Below, one piece after another: positions 10,820 to 22,239 of a DNA stretch of 38,665 nucleotides. The stretch is from assembly GCF_001194135.2 (NCBI RefSeq), contig NC_068986.1, positions 2,318,644 to 2,357,308 of the forward strand. Direction: 5' to 3'. Positions within the stretch are counted from its first letter, which is position 1. Each line of letters begins with the position of its first letter. Under the pieces are notes generated by a model. It did no database searches, was not told the origin of the DNA, and saw only the letters and a list, made by a program, of their open reading frames with translations. The DNA comes from Octopus bimaculoides (taxonomy: Eukaryota). A program made the position numbers and the translations under genes.

Positions 10820-11680
10820 TCTCTTTATCACAGGTTTTGTTAGAACTCCTGGTGTCTTGCATGCGTAGCGGGCTTGCTATCTGCATCCTACGGTACCATG
10901 TTGTGCGTTCTTTTCGGCTATCTAATACTTTTCAGATTATTCTGGCTGTGCCAAGGAAGTAAACCTTTTCTTACAGTTCTTCTGGGCACTCTATTCCAAT
11001 TCCCTTTACATTCCACTTGATGCCTTCTGATACTGTTCCCAAGAATTCAACAATAATTGGCACTTACTTCAGCTTCTTCATTTTCCATAGCCGGGTTATT
11101 TCGTATTTAAGAGGGTTGTATTTATTTATCCTTTGGCCTTCCTTCTTGACTGTTCGTGGGTCAAAGGGGCATGCAACATCAACTATATAGCATATGTGGT
11201 GCATCTTGTCCACCACCACTCGATCCGGTCTGTTATGTTCTAGCACCTGATCTGTTTGGATTGGGAAATCGCAGAGAATTTTACTAGTCTCCGACTCCGT
11301 CACTCACTGCAGTTTGTGCTCACACCACGTCTTACCTCTCTCTAGCCCCCATTTTTTGCGCAGTTTCCAATGTAGCACTTACACTACCTGATCATGTCAC
11401 CACAACTTGAAGTGGTTTTAAGCAAGTCTGGGGCATTCGTTTGTGATATGAGCAATGGTTTCACCTACTCTATTGCAGATGTGACACGGCGGAGACACTT
11501 GTCCATTCCTAAGGTTGACCTTCCAGTTCGTAGCCAAAGCTTGGTCTTGCACTGCCAGCATAGTGCTCTCGGTCTCTCTATTTAGTGTTCCTTTCATCAG
11601 CGAATCCCACCTATTTTTTCCAGCAACTTCTGTTGTGAGTACATGGAATTGTGTAGTCCCTTCTTGCGTAATTCTTCTTC
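10820..11680 (-). mobile_element. R4/Dong-like fragment of a second subfamily, with intact 3' end
   Basis: WDSLMKGTLNRETESTMLAVQDQALATN, C-HIC...ETIAHIT.ECP, KILCDFPIQTDQVLEHNRPD.VVVDK...IVDVACPFD, LGTARII.KVL, then a UTR into (TAA)n. Confidence 0.85.
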
Positions 11681-11684
11681 GTTA

Positions 11685-12000
11685 AGACAATCTTTTGCAC
11701 TTCCTGTATGGATGGTAAGCCAGGAATCATTCTTGAATAATTTTCAGTTCCTTTTTTCATCATTCCAAGTACTCCAACAATCATTGGTATTGTAACCGTC
11801 TTGAGATGCCACATCTTTTCGATTTCGATTAGCAAATCTTTTATATTTTCTGAGCTTATCAAATTCTGAGATATTATGGTCACACGGTATGCTCATGTCA
11901 ATCAATAAACAGACTTTATTGTTTTGGTCTTTCACAACAATATCCGGTTTGTTTGCTTTGATGGTCCGGTCTGTACATACTGAACAGTCCCAAAGAATAG
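11685..12000 (-). mobile_element. R4/Dong-like RLE-domain fragment of a third subfamily
   Basis: ILWDCSVCTDRTIKANKPDIVVKD...LIDMSIPCD...KDLLIEIEKMWHLKTVTIPMIVGVLG...IQEVQKIVL. Confidence 0.85.
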
Positions 12001-12084
12001 TTACTATTATTATTATTGCTGTTGTTGTTGCTGTTGTTGTTGTTGTCATCATCGTCATCATCATCATCATCATCATTATTTGGT

Positions 12085-12440
12085 AAAATCGCTACAGCTT
12101 CGGATAAAATACTTTGGTGTTTCTTGTGGCTCTTTACGTACAGACTTCAAATCCCGCCAATGTTAGTTTTTCCTTTCATCCTTTTAGAGTAGATAGGATA
12201 AAGTACCGATCAAGTACTGGAGTGGATATATAATTTTCTGTCCCCACCTATGGCTTCGAAATGCCTAGCTGAGTTGCTTTGTAATAAATCATTTATGGTT
12301 TGAGATTCCGGACTGTAGGCAAAATGTCCTCTAGCATTTAATCACATCTCTTTGCATTCAAACCCCGCCAAGGCTGATTTTTACTTATATTTTTATGAAG
12401 GTTGATAAAATACATTCTGTCACGTACTGGGGGTGATACC
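12085..12440 (+). mobile_element. Two highly diverged family A SINEs in tandem
   Basis: ttcaaatcccgccaatgttag..cctttcatccttttagag..gataaagtacc and ttcaaaccccgccaaggctga..gttgataaaat..gtactggggg. Confidence 0.6.
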
Positions 12441-12764
12441 TGTATTAACTATTGTTATTGTAATGAAATTAAAATAAAAATTTGATTTGTATTTCCGAAA
12501 ATTATTGTTCGATGAATTAATTTCATCAATGGTTCATCTGAATATATTTCAGATTGCTTGTAAACAGTACCGTTCGTATTTTGTACATTCCATTGAGACG
12601 GAAACAGAATCAGTTTAAGGTGAATACACGACACATGATGAGCGTGGTTGAGTGTCGTAAAATAATAAGAACTTGCACCAGTACTACTCTTCTCAGCCAA
12701 GTTTTCAAGACATCATTTTAGATGAATGCAAACGTTATCTTATTTATTGAAGTGAAGTTGTATG

Positions 12765-12990
12765 ACCATGTGGTTAGGTTGTTGTTCTCACAATCATTAG
12801 ATCGTGAGTTCGATTCCTAGGCCGATTGGCACGTTGTGTCCTTGAGCAAAGGCATTCATTTCATATTGTTCTAGCCAACTCAGCTGAAAATGAACACGAA
12901 CCCAATACTGGTGCAGCCCTCTTTCCCTCTTGTCACATTCTGGGTGTTATATTGGGTCAACAAAGAGTGTGTCATGAAAATGTTCTTGTC
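12765..12990 (+). mobile_element. tRNA-type SINE, family B (diverged)
   Basis: gtggttagg...gagttcgattcc...gttgtgtccttgagcaa...ccaactcagctg, matching 3862-4176. Confidence 0.7.
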
Positions 12991-14413
12991 TTCATGCAAC
13001 TAGACAGACACCTAAAACAATTAGCGAAAGTATGGTACACGCTACCAAGCCATACTCGCTTTTGGATGACAGCAATGTTTTTACTATATTTATCTATTGT
13101 AAACTTCTCAGTTGGAACTGCTAAAGTCAATCTACAAACTGGATTTCAAACTCATTCAACTTTCAGAGAAAGTAAACTTAAAACTATAGAAATATAATAA
13201 TTAAATAACTAAATACATAAAAAAGTAAAAGATGACTCGTTAAATTTAGTGGAACTATTGATACCATCGATTTTTAATCATTCTATTTTGCTTTATTTCT
13301 TTCCTTCTTTCAGGATTATTTTCTTCTGAATTACTACTCATTTCGTTCTTGTTGTTGTTTTTAGCGCTTAAAGTCTGCTTCCAAACTATAATCCTATACT
13401 TCTATATCGAGTCAGTAGAAATATATCAGTTGAACAAGAGAATATTTACTTGTCAAACTGCGCCTGTTGTCGTAAGAAGTTTTCTAAGAATTCGAAAGGA
13501 ATTCGAAGCATGCTGTTTGATTCAAGACAAAATACAGAAAAGACGACGTGTTCAGAAAGGAAGGAAGAAGAGAAAAAAGAAAACAAAGAAGCGGGCGTTG
13601 CAGGCTTTTTTTTTAAATATAGGATGCTCAATACAATGAGATAAATACATCACCCCATCAACACCGTTTGATCAATAAACACGACATGGTGTCTTTTCTG
13701 AAACCAAAGAATTTTCCTCGTGTTTTTCGTCATCTCTCGAACTTTCAAAATACAAATACAAATTTTAAAAGCGGTGACTGACTTTATCTGTAGATAGTGA
13801 AGTGGTTTCGTTTAATGAATATGATATCAGAAAGGAGGAGAAAATGCTACTACTGAAATAGAAAGAATAATGGTACTTTTGATTTCTTGCGGAACCTTAC
13901 GTTGTAATGAGAATGATTTCCAACATAATTTATTTTACAATGGAATTTAAAATAAGAAATTTGCTTTTGTAAGTGTTATATTAGTCACATTACCATTGTT
14001 CAATCATAACTGGAGACGGTGGAATGGTTAAAACGGTTGTGTCGAATTGAAAGGTGTTATTCCCCCCTCTCCTGCACTATATGTTGAGTTCAGGAACTGC
14101 TGGGGTGGATGCCAGTTTACTCGTCGCCTCTTCCAGGCTATACAAATTGTCATCATTATTGCAAGTTTAATTTTCTCTAGGACTTAAAATTTCGCTTGGC
14201 GGTTTATGAAACCAATGAAGAATTAACATTTCTTCACTGGCTGAAAAAGCCAACGGATGAAATTTAAAGATTCTGTCAAAAATTAATTTTATCATAAATT
14301 TGACTCTACTCTCAGCATTGAATCGCCCAATCTGTAAATGTTCAATTATTGTTCTTAAATTTGCTTTAAAATAATAACTGTTAATAAACATTTAATATCA
14401 TTAATATTATTAA

Positions 14414-14606
14414 GTCTGCGAGCTAGCAGAAATGCTTAGATATATTTCGTCTGTCTTTACGTTCTGAGTTCAAATTCCGCCGAGTTCGATTTTGCTTTTC
14501 ATCCTTTCGGGGTCGATAAATTATGTACCAGTTGCATAGTGGGTCGGTTTAATCGACTGGCCTCCTCCCCAAAAATTTCAGGCCCTGTGCCTAGAGCAGA
14601 AAAGAA
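14414..14606 (+). mobile_element. Family A SINE with a deletion in the head
   Basis: Core gttctgagttcaaattccgccgag...gtcgataaatta and tail cctccccaaaaatttcaggccctgtgcctagagcagaaaag. Confidence 0.85.
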
Positions 14607-14615
14607 TATTATTAA

Positions 14616-14826
14616 GGCGGTGAGCTGGCAGAACTGTTAGCACGTCAGGCAAAATGCTTAGTGGTATTTCGTCCATCTTTATGTTCTGAGTTCAGATTCC
14701 GATGAGGTCGTCCTTGCCTTTCGTCATTTCGGGTTCGATAAAATATTACTAGTTGGATACTGGGGTCGATGTAATCGACTTCACATCTCCTTCGAAATTG
14801 CTGGCTTTCTTCCAAAATTCGAAAGC
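14616..14826 (+). mobile_element. Family A SINE directly behind the previous copy's tail
   Basis: ggcggtgagctggcagaactgttagcacgtcaggcaaaatgcttagtgg...gtcgatgtaatcgact. Confidence 0.9.
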
Positions 14827-15177
14827 AAATTTCTCAATATCTTTTTGCCATGGCTTAGCCAGAGGAGGGAGCACGGTTCCTATGATCTTTTCCAAAGGAA
14901 AGGAGTGAACTTTTCCTCATAGCGAAGTGTTGCCCAGATGCTTGTAACAGAAGTGATTCGGCTAATGGCACCCAAGAGCTAGGTGGTGGTGCTAAACCGA
15001 GCGATAGGTTATGTCTAACACCCAAGAATATGTAAGGTCCCTCTAGTAGGTTTCCCCACAGTCTCCATCTACCAAATTCTATTCAAAAAGCTTTGACCGA
15101 TCTGAGGCTATAATAGAGGACTTGAGATGTTGGTCAGTGGGATTGAAGCAAACTTCTAAATCACCCAGCCATCTACG

Positions 15178-15530
15178 GGGGTGACGCTTGTAGCAGGTCT
15201 TTCAGATCCCTCGTCGTCTCCCAGGGACGTTCTTCCGCTTTTAGAGCGCCCGAACTTCTCGAAACATTGCGTACGACCCATTGCCTCGTTGCTGTAAGTT
15301 TGCCGAAGAGTGCTCAATATCTCTGTGGCAGACATCTTAATGTTAACACAAAGTTCCAATTTTCTGTCCATGACAAAAATTGCAGAAACAAAAATTTGCA
15401 AAATAAACAGAGTGATGTTACTCGGCACACTGCCTCATGAAGGCCGCTGTTATCTCTCATTGTGCACGCAACCGTGTGCTGCCATCTGTTGGCATGCTGC
15501 AGAACTAGTCCGGGAACCTTTTGATACACA
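15178..15530 (-). mobile_element. Mariner transposon 5' remnant (TIR plus N-terminal HTH)
   Basis: MDRKLE..VNIK..SATEILSTLRQTYSNEAMGRTQCFE..RSKSGRTSL.DDE.S.RP.TS is a typical mariner HTH N-terminus; TIR-like gtgtatcaaaaggttcccggact lies upstream. Confidence 0.85.
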
Positions 15531-15532
15531 CA

Positions 15533-15776
15533 AGCATCGGTTGTCAAGCGATGTTGGGGCGACAAACACAGACTCACAAACATATACACACACATACATA
15601 TATATATATACGACGGGCTTCTTTTAGTTTCCATCTACCAAATCCACTCACAAGGCTTTGGTCGGCCCGAGGTTATAGTAGAAGACACTTGCCCAAGGTG
15701 CCATGCAGTGGAACTGAACCTGGAACCATGTGGTTGGTAAGCAAGCTACCTACTACAAAGCCACTCCTGCGCCTAT
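15533..15776 (-). mobile_element. tRNA-type SINE, family C (head plus internal microsatellite)
   Basis: Minus strand: ataggcgcaggagtggct...ggttccaggttcagttccact...ggcaccttgggcaagtgtcttc...agaagcccgtcg, then (TA/TG)n, then gtctgtgtttgtcgccccaacatcgcttgacaaccgatgct. Confidence 0.85.
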
Positions 15777-16049
15777 GTACATATAGTATAAGAGAGATGT
15801 TTGAAAAGATATGTTTCGTGATTTAAAAACAACCACTGTAATCTATAAAATCGTTACAGCATGATCAGGAACGAATATCTGCATATTAATTTGCTTATTT
15901 ATTCTTATGATGCAATATCGTCATAGAAAAGAGAAGTTTTTCTCCTTTTGCGTACACAACAGTGACTAGCATATTTTGCGCTTGAACCTGCCTAGACATA
16001 TTAAGAATAATTATGCAAATATTCGTATGTACCTTGAAAACAGCTGTGC

Positions 16050-16380
16050 ACAAGTCCTCGATAAACCTTTAGCTTCGGAGATTGCTTCAAAATGCGACCG
16101 GAAGTGTTGACACACCTGCACTTATTCATTTCGGACATCACCTGAACAATGGTGGCCTTCAGTGAAGGCATGGTATTGTGAGGATGTCGATTTGTCTCCC
16201 TTTCAATAACACACCTAAGTAGTTGTTCATGGAATTTAAATCTGGAGAGTTTGGAGGCCAGAAGCTAGGTGTTACGTGATCATAAAGATTGTCTGACCTC
16301 TATTCTTGATAACTGGGCTTGATTAGCGGCTGAGTCTTGTTGAAACACATATGACCTTCCACTTCGTTTTTCATCCATGT
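16050..16380 (-). mobile_element. Tc1/mariner-superfamily transposase C-terminal remnant
   Basis: YVFQQDSA, a decayed WPPNSPDLNP-like region, VIERETNRHPHNT..SLKATI, and FRSHFEAI.EAKG. Confidence 0.7.
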
Positions 16381-16540
16381 ATGCATGCATATACGCACGT
16401 ATGTATGTATATACGTACGTACGTATGTATGTATGTATGCATGTATGTATGTATGTATGTATGTATGAATGCATTATGTATGTATGTATGTATGTATGTA
16501 TGTATGAATGCATTATGTATGTATGTATGTATGCATGTAT
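16378..16540. repeat. (TATG)n compound microsatellite
   Basis: Seen directly in the sequence. Confidence 0.9.
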
Positions 16541-16820
16541 CCGGCTTCTATACAGTTTCCGCTAACCAAACCCATTCAGAGGTCATTGGTTAATTTCTTT
16601 GATGCTACTAAGGTGAAGAACTACCGGAAGTTGGATCCAGTCCGGAACTCCGTAGTCACTGGTTGAACGTCTTAATCACACAGACATTACCTATAGAATA
16701 AACTTACCTAAACTATTATAGCTCTATACCATATTCTTTTTGCCTGAGCACAAACGTGTTTTTGGTTCTCAACGAGACTAGTAAATAGGAAATGTGACGG
16801 TATTATAGTGACATAAAAAA

Positions 16821-16999
16821 GGCGGCTTAACGTTATTTCGTCTGTCTTTATGTTCTGAGTTCAAATTACGCCGAGGTCGACTTTGCCTTTCATCCTTTCG
16901 GGGTCGATAAATTAAGAACCAGTAGCGTACTGGGGTCGATCTAATCGACTGGTCTCTCCCCCAAAATTTCGAGCCTCGTGCTTAGATTAGAAAAGAATA
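16821..16999 (+). mobile_element. Family A SINE with a deletion in the head
   Basis: ggcggc...atttcgtctgtctttatgttctgagttcaaattacgccgaggtcgac...ccccaaaatttcgagcctcgtgcttagattagaaaag. Confidence 0.9.
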
Positions 17000-17393
17000 C
17001 AGTGACACGTGAAAAGGTTTCAAACAAGAGCTTTAAAAACAACGTCACACTCCGAAGCATGTTGAAAATTGATTTTTTTTGCACTCAAAGTTAACGCTTT
17101 ACCAAACCATTATACGCCCCAACCAAACAAAAAAGTGAAGGAGTGGTTAAAATGATTGAAACGCCCAAAATGTCTTTCTCAAAGTGTCGTTTTCTATTCA
17201 ATCCCTTATCTCATACTTTTAAGGTTCTGATATCAAATTTCACCTGACATGAGTTTACATTTCATCTCACAACGGAGTCGATAATAGAAGCAATGACCGC
17301 GCACGTTGTAATGACCCAGCACAAACAATGACCCTGCACATAGGTGTCGATGCATATCAATCGGTTATAACACAAACATCCCACTTTATGCGC

Positions 17394-17396
<3 letters not shown>

Positions 17397-17431
<35 letters not shown>

Positions 17432-17516
17432 GCATAGATGAATATATATACATATATACATATACATTAATTAATACAAACATATATAGATACGCTTATA
17501 TATATTTCTCCACATT

Positions 17517-17578
<62 letters not shown>
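17397..17578. repeat. (CA)n, (TA)n and (TG)n microsatellites
   Basis: Seen directly in the sequence. Confidence 0.9.
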
Positions 17579-17582
<4 letters not shown>

Positions 17583-17690
17583 TGCTTGGAGAAATACACT
17601 TACATATAAACATATATCGACAAAAACAGGTATATCAAATACCATACAACATAAACTCTTGCTTTATTAAAATTATATCACTCTCAAGAG

Positions 17691-17947
17691 CAGTGGCTCT
17701 CAACTAAGGTCCACATGGCCCTTGGGGTTCCACATGATATTTTGAAGTTAAAATTTATGTACAATAAATTCGTTATACTTCTCCAAAACACAAAGTGTCT
17801 TAATTTTAATTATAAAATTCCTAATAATATTTAATTATTAGAATATAATTGGACTTTTTTAAACATCAAATATTTATTAGGGTCCAGTCGAGTAAAATAG
17901 GAATCAAAAGGGTCCATAGATTTTTTTTAAATGGTTGAGAACCACTG
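17691..17947. mobile_element. hAT (Charlie-like) MITE
   Basis: Terminal inverted repeats CAGTGGCTCTCAAC / GTTGAGAACCACTG; flanking 8-mers ctcaagag and atttagag (5/8 identical, consistent with a decayed 8-bp TSD). Confidence 0.8.
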
Positions 17948-18037
17948 ATTTAGAGGATGGATTATAATTAACAGATTAAGACCAACACCACTTAAGAATA
18001 GAATATAATCTTAAAATTCAAGAATTTTGTAATGTTG

Positions 18038-18310
18038 ACGTACATACATACATGCACACATATATACATATATACATACATTAACATACATACGTACATA
18101 CACACATACGTACATATATATACACACACACACACATACATACACACACACTCACACACTCACACATACATACATATATAAATATACAAAGATTCATACA
18201 TACATGCATACATCCGTGCATGTATGCATGCATACATACATACATACATATATGCATGCATACATACATACATACATACATACGTACATACATACATACG
18301 CACATACATA
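18038..18310. repeat. Compound (CATA)/(CA)/(TA) microsatellite
   Basis: Seen directly in the sequence. Confidence 0.9.
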
Positions 18311-20339
18311 CGGCACCTATTTAGTTAATTATCTTTCGATTTACTTGCTATCTCCTCTTCATGCCTCATCTTCTCCTTCATCTTTGTCTTTCTTTGACGA
18401 ACTATTCGCCTAGAATATATTTGTCAACACGTACTGTCTCGCAGACAAAAGGGTTCTCATGTTTGGCTCATTGCTATGGAAACAGGCATGAATGTGTCTG
18501 TGGTTTACGATTGGCTAAAATTACCCAAAATTCGCAAACTTTCAAAGCTAATAACACTTTATTCATTGATTTATGGCGATAATTAATTTCATGGCATTAA
18601 TTAGTATATAAAACTACATCATTACACCGAATATGAAACTAATTTGAACACTAATTCAGCATATTAAAAATTAAAAGCCAAACAGAAAAGATCCCTACTC
18701 CATCTCCCTGCATTCACATCATGGATTCGCAAAATATCCAACTAGACAAAGCAAATGAAGGCAAATATAAATCCAAGGGATTTAAACGCACAGAAAAGAA
18801 AACTGACAAGAATATTTTTCAGCAAACATACATTTTCAAAGAGGGAAAAATAACTACATTTCTATAGACACTAACAGTGATGTGAACAATTTGAACGACA
18901 TGTTAAGCAACAACAAGTCTATCCTCGAATCATTAGGCCGTCAGATATATTAATTATGGTCCTTCAGGTTCTGAGCTTACATCCTGCTAAGAACCACTTT
19001 GCATTTTATCCTTGTGAGTGCGATGAAAAATAAAATACCATACCGGTAAATAGAAACAGATCTTTATACATACATTCATGCACACTCTTACACACGTACT
19101 TCCTTCACACACACGCGCACGCATTATCGCTCAGGATTGGGGTTCCTCTACATCTTCTCTTGCCACCTTATAGGTTAGTAAGAAGAGTGATGAGTGAGTT
19201 TAAATACATTCATATACATGTATGTATATGTGTCGGGTTACACATACACACACGATGGGCTTCTTCAGTTTTCATTAACTTTCGATAAATCTGCGACTAC
19301 AGCAGAAGAAACTTGTTCAAAGTGTCACATAAACGGAACAGTTTCACATAGAGTTCACATGATTTACAACACAGTGTAAATCTTTTTCTTTTCTTTTTTT
19401 TTAACATTCACTCCTGAAAAAAAAAAGCTACGCATTGTACCAATATCAGATATCTGTTTTAAAAAAAAGAGACGGTAGCATTTAGTCTCGTCTATGATCA
19501 ACTCTGAATATCGCCTTAGATTATCGCATAAAAATATTTTAACACTTTGTAGTGATATCAGAGAAGACTTCTCGCCACCAGATGTCATTGTTACAAAATA
19601 TGTACTGCCATTGTTCCGCTGTAATGTTTTCAGTTAACATCCGGTTTACGATAATAAACCAAAAATAAGTAAAAAGAGACATTATACTATAACTCTTTAT
19701 ATCTCCCTATTTTACTTCAATTATTTCTCAAACGAAATAAAGACAAAATAGTAAAATATGCAATATATTCAAAATGGAAGTTTCCAAGTATTTTTCTATC
19801 TTGCTTTCCTGTCTTATTTCCTAGTTTCTTTCTCTCTTACGTTCATTCATATTTCTTTCTAATCATTTTTGTTATCGTTTTTCCCTCGTGATTTTTGCTC
19901 GTTATACTTTCTTTTTCTTGTATGAATTGTTTAGAATCATATTTTAGTTTCTCATTCACTTTTATTCGTCACTTTCATTAATCTAATTGATATGCTGAGC
20001 AGATATGATTGTGTAGGATAGGAGATAGCATGGGGAGAAACAGACAGGCAGACAGGTTCGGTGATACATGACAGAGAGAGACTTTGTGTATTAATGTGTC
20101 ATGCATGACTATTTAAATATCGATACAATATTAATATAATATATATATATATGCTCACGTGTGTATATAGGTGTGTGTGCGTGTGTGGAGCGTGTGTATG
20201 TGTGCATAGAAAGAAAGAGAGAGAGAGAAAGAGAGAGAGAGAAAGAGAGAGTGGGAGAGAAGGAGAGAGAATGTGCAGTTATATAATCGCCAATATATCA
20301 GTTTAGTTTCAGATTTTCACTCACAAACACATAAACATA

Positions 20340-20441
20340 CATACACGCATGCGTGTATGTATGTATTATGCTTGTATGTATGCATGCATGCATGTACGTA
20401 TGTATGTATGTATGTATCTAAGTACGTGTCGATGTGTGTAC

Positions 20442-20503
<62 letters not shown>
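20340..20503. repeat. (TATG)n/(TA)n microsatellite
   Basis: Seen directly in the sequence. Confidence 0.9.
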
Positions 20504-20506
<3 letters not shown>

Positions 20507-20794
20507 TCGTGTGAGTTAGAGGTTGAGAAACCAACTAAGGGATAGTACCTATCCAATATACTGCTGGTAGTGTACCCAGTTATTCATAGTCAAGTGTTAG
20601 TTATTGCATAGCAATCTCGCAATTGAGTATTATATATGGGGGGAGGGGTAAAAAAAGTGATTTACCCATGATTTATACGGCAAATAAGAAAACGGAGAGG
20701 ATATGAAATCGACAGACATCAGCCAGTAAACATTCAAGTATGTCTATTTATTCAGTTGTATGAGTGATACAGATTAACGAGTGGAAAAAGCTGG

Positions 20795-20933
20795 TACTAG
20801 TTCCTTACAGCTGTTTCTGCTAGGAGGCAACAAAATCTTCCAGGTTATCTCTATCACTTCAATGTTATGCAGGGATGAACAGACAAGGCTTGGATAATGG
20901 ATGGGCCCCTAGGCTTCTTCAGAGGGTCTAAGT
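20795..20933 (-). ncRNA. Type I hammerhead ribozyme motif with extended stem II loop, probably in a Penelope-like terminal repeat
   Basis: Minus strand: acttagaccct CTGAAGA agcctagggg...cctcctagca GAAAC AGCT GTA aggaactagt; stem I CCT/AGG with distal extension, stem II about 8 bp, palindromic ACAGCTGT in stem III. Confidence 0.7.
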
Positions 20934-22239
20934 AGTTGGTGTGGCTAACACATATAAAAGTCAGTTAAGAATAGATAAGGTGTGCTTATCCTTTTAAATA
21001 GAGTAAGGATAAGAGCAAAAACAAGAATACAAGTGAAATTACAACAGAGTACAATAATGTGGGCATAGCAAGGGGAAATAAGGTACAGACTTCCCATAAA
21101 GTATTAATAAAATCCATGGTATTTCCTCCAGTGGTGGGTAGGTGAATAAAGTCAGTTTCAGGAGGAATTTTTGCAGGAGGGATAATTTTAGGTAGTAGTT
21201 CACATTGTGTTTCCATATAACTTTAGTGGTAGGTTTGACGGTATGGTCCATGTTACAGGGGTGAAAATTTATATGTAGAATGCCAGTTAGTAGTTGTAGC
21301 GTTGCAGAGGGTATAGCATAAGCAACTTATAATGAACCCATCATGGGAAATTTAGTACATGAGTGTATCAATGAGAGAAAACTAGGTGAGGCTAAGATGT
21401 GATGTAAGTTTTCGTTGCTTTTTAGCCGATCAACTAATTTCGAAACCCCTATGTGTAGTGGGGTTGGGTCAGTCCTACAACCCAATTGGTCAGCTCTTAT
21501 TTAAAAACAATGGCGAGGTCCTGTTTCGTTGATGGCTATCAATTAAATCAAAGGCCAGCAGAACAAGTAAACGAACAAAATAAAACAAATAAAACGAATA
21601 AAACAAGTAAAACAACTAAAGTAACTAAAACCATATTTAGGATGAGAATCATATAGAACAAAGTAAGAAAATAATATAAACGTATAAATAAATAAATAAA
21701 TGAATAAATAAACAAACAAATAACGATGGGTACATACGTACGAATATAAATAACAATAACAGTAATAACAATACAATCGTAACAACGGTAATGACAATAA
21801 CAATAATAATACAGGGGCGTTTCGGGCAAAATTTTCCCTGGGGATTTCTAACGGTGCAGTTCGTAGTGAATGCGGTGAGTGTTTTCTTTTAGTATATCTT
21901 GGGTAACGTATCTAATTAGCGATTATTTTAGTAAACAAATAAACAAAAATAAATAAACTAAAACGTAGGCATAAGAAACAGATCAGATAAGATAAAATAA
22001 TAGTAAATATATATATAAGAGTATGTATAAGTACAATTTTAAACATCAATAAATAACAACAACAATAATATTATAATAACAACATCAACAATAATATATG
22101 TTCTTGTTACTTTTAGTTTAGGGGGCTATCTATCGAAGGAATGGCTAATACTAGTGGAGAGTGTTTTCATTATAATATATCTAGGGTGTATGTTTAATCA
22201 GCGAATATTTTAATATGAGAGGAGGTGGATTGGGAATCT

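Noticed and set aside
11585-11605. CTGATGA on the minus strand
   Set aside because: Lies in the coding frame of the Dong-like fragment (WDSLMKG); no other hammerhead parts present.
16610-16660. gtgaaga...ccgga/tccgg-aac-tcc-gta, loosely hammerhead-like
   Set aside because: Two core positions are wrong (no CUGA, no GAAA); compatible with chance.
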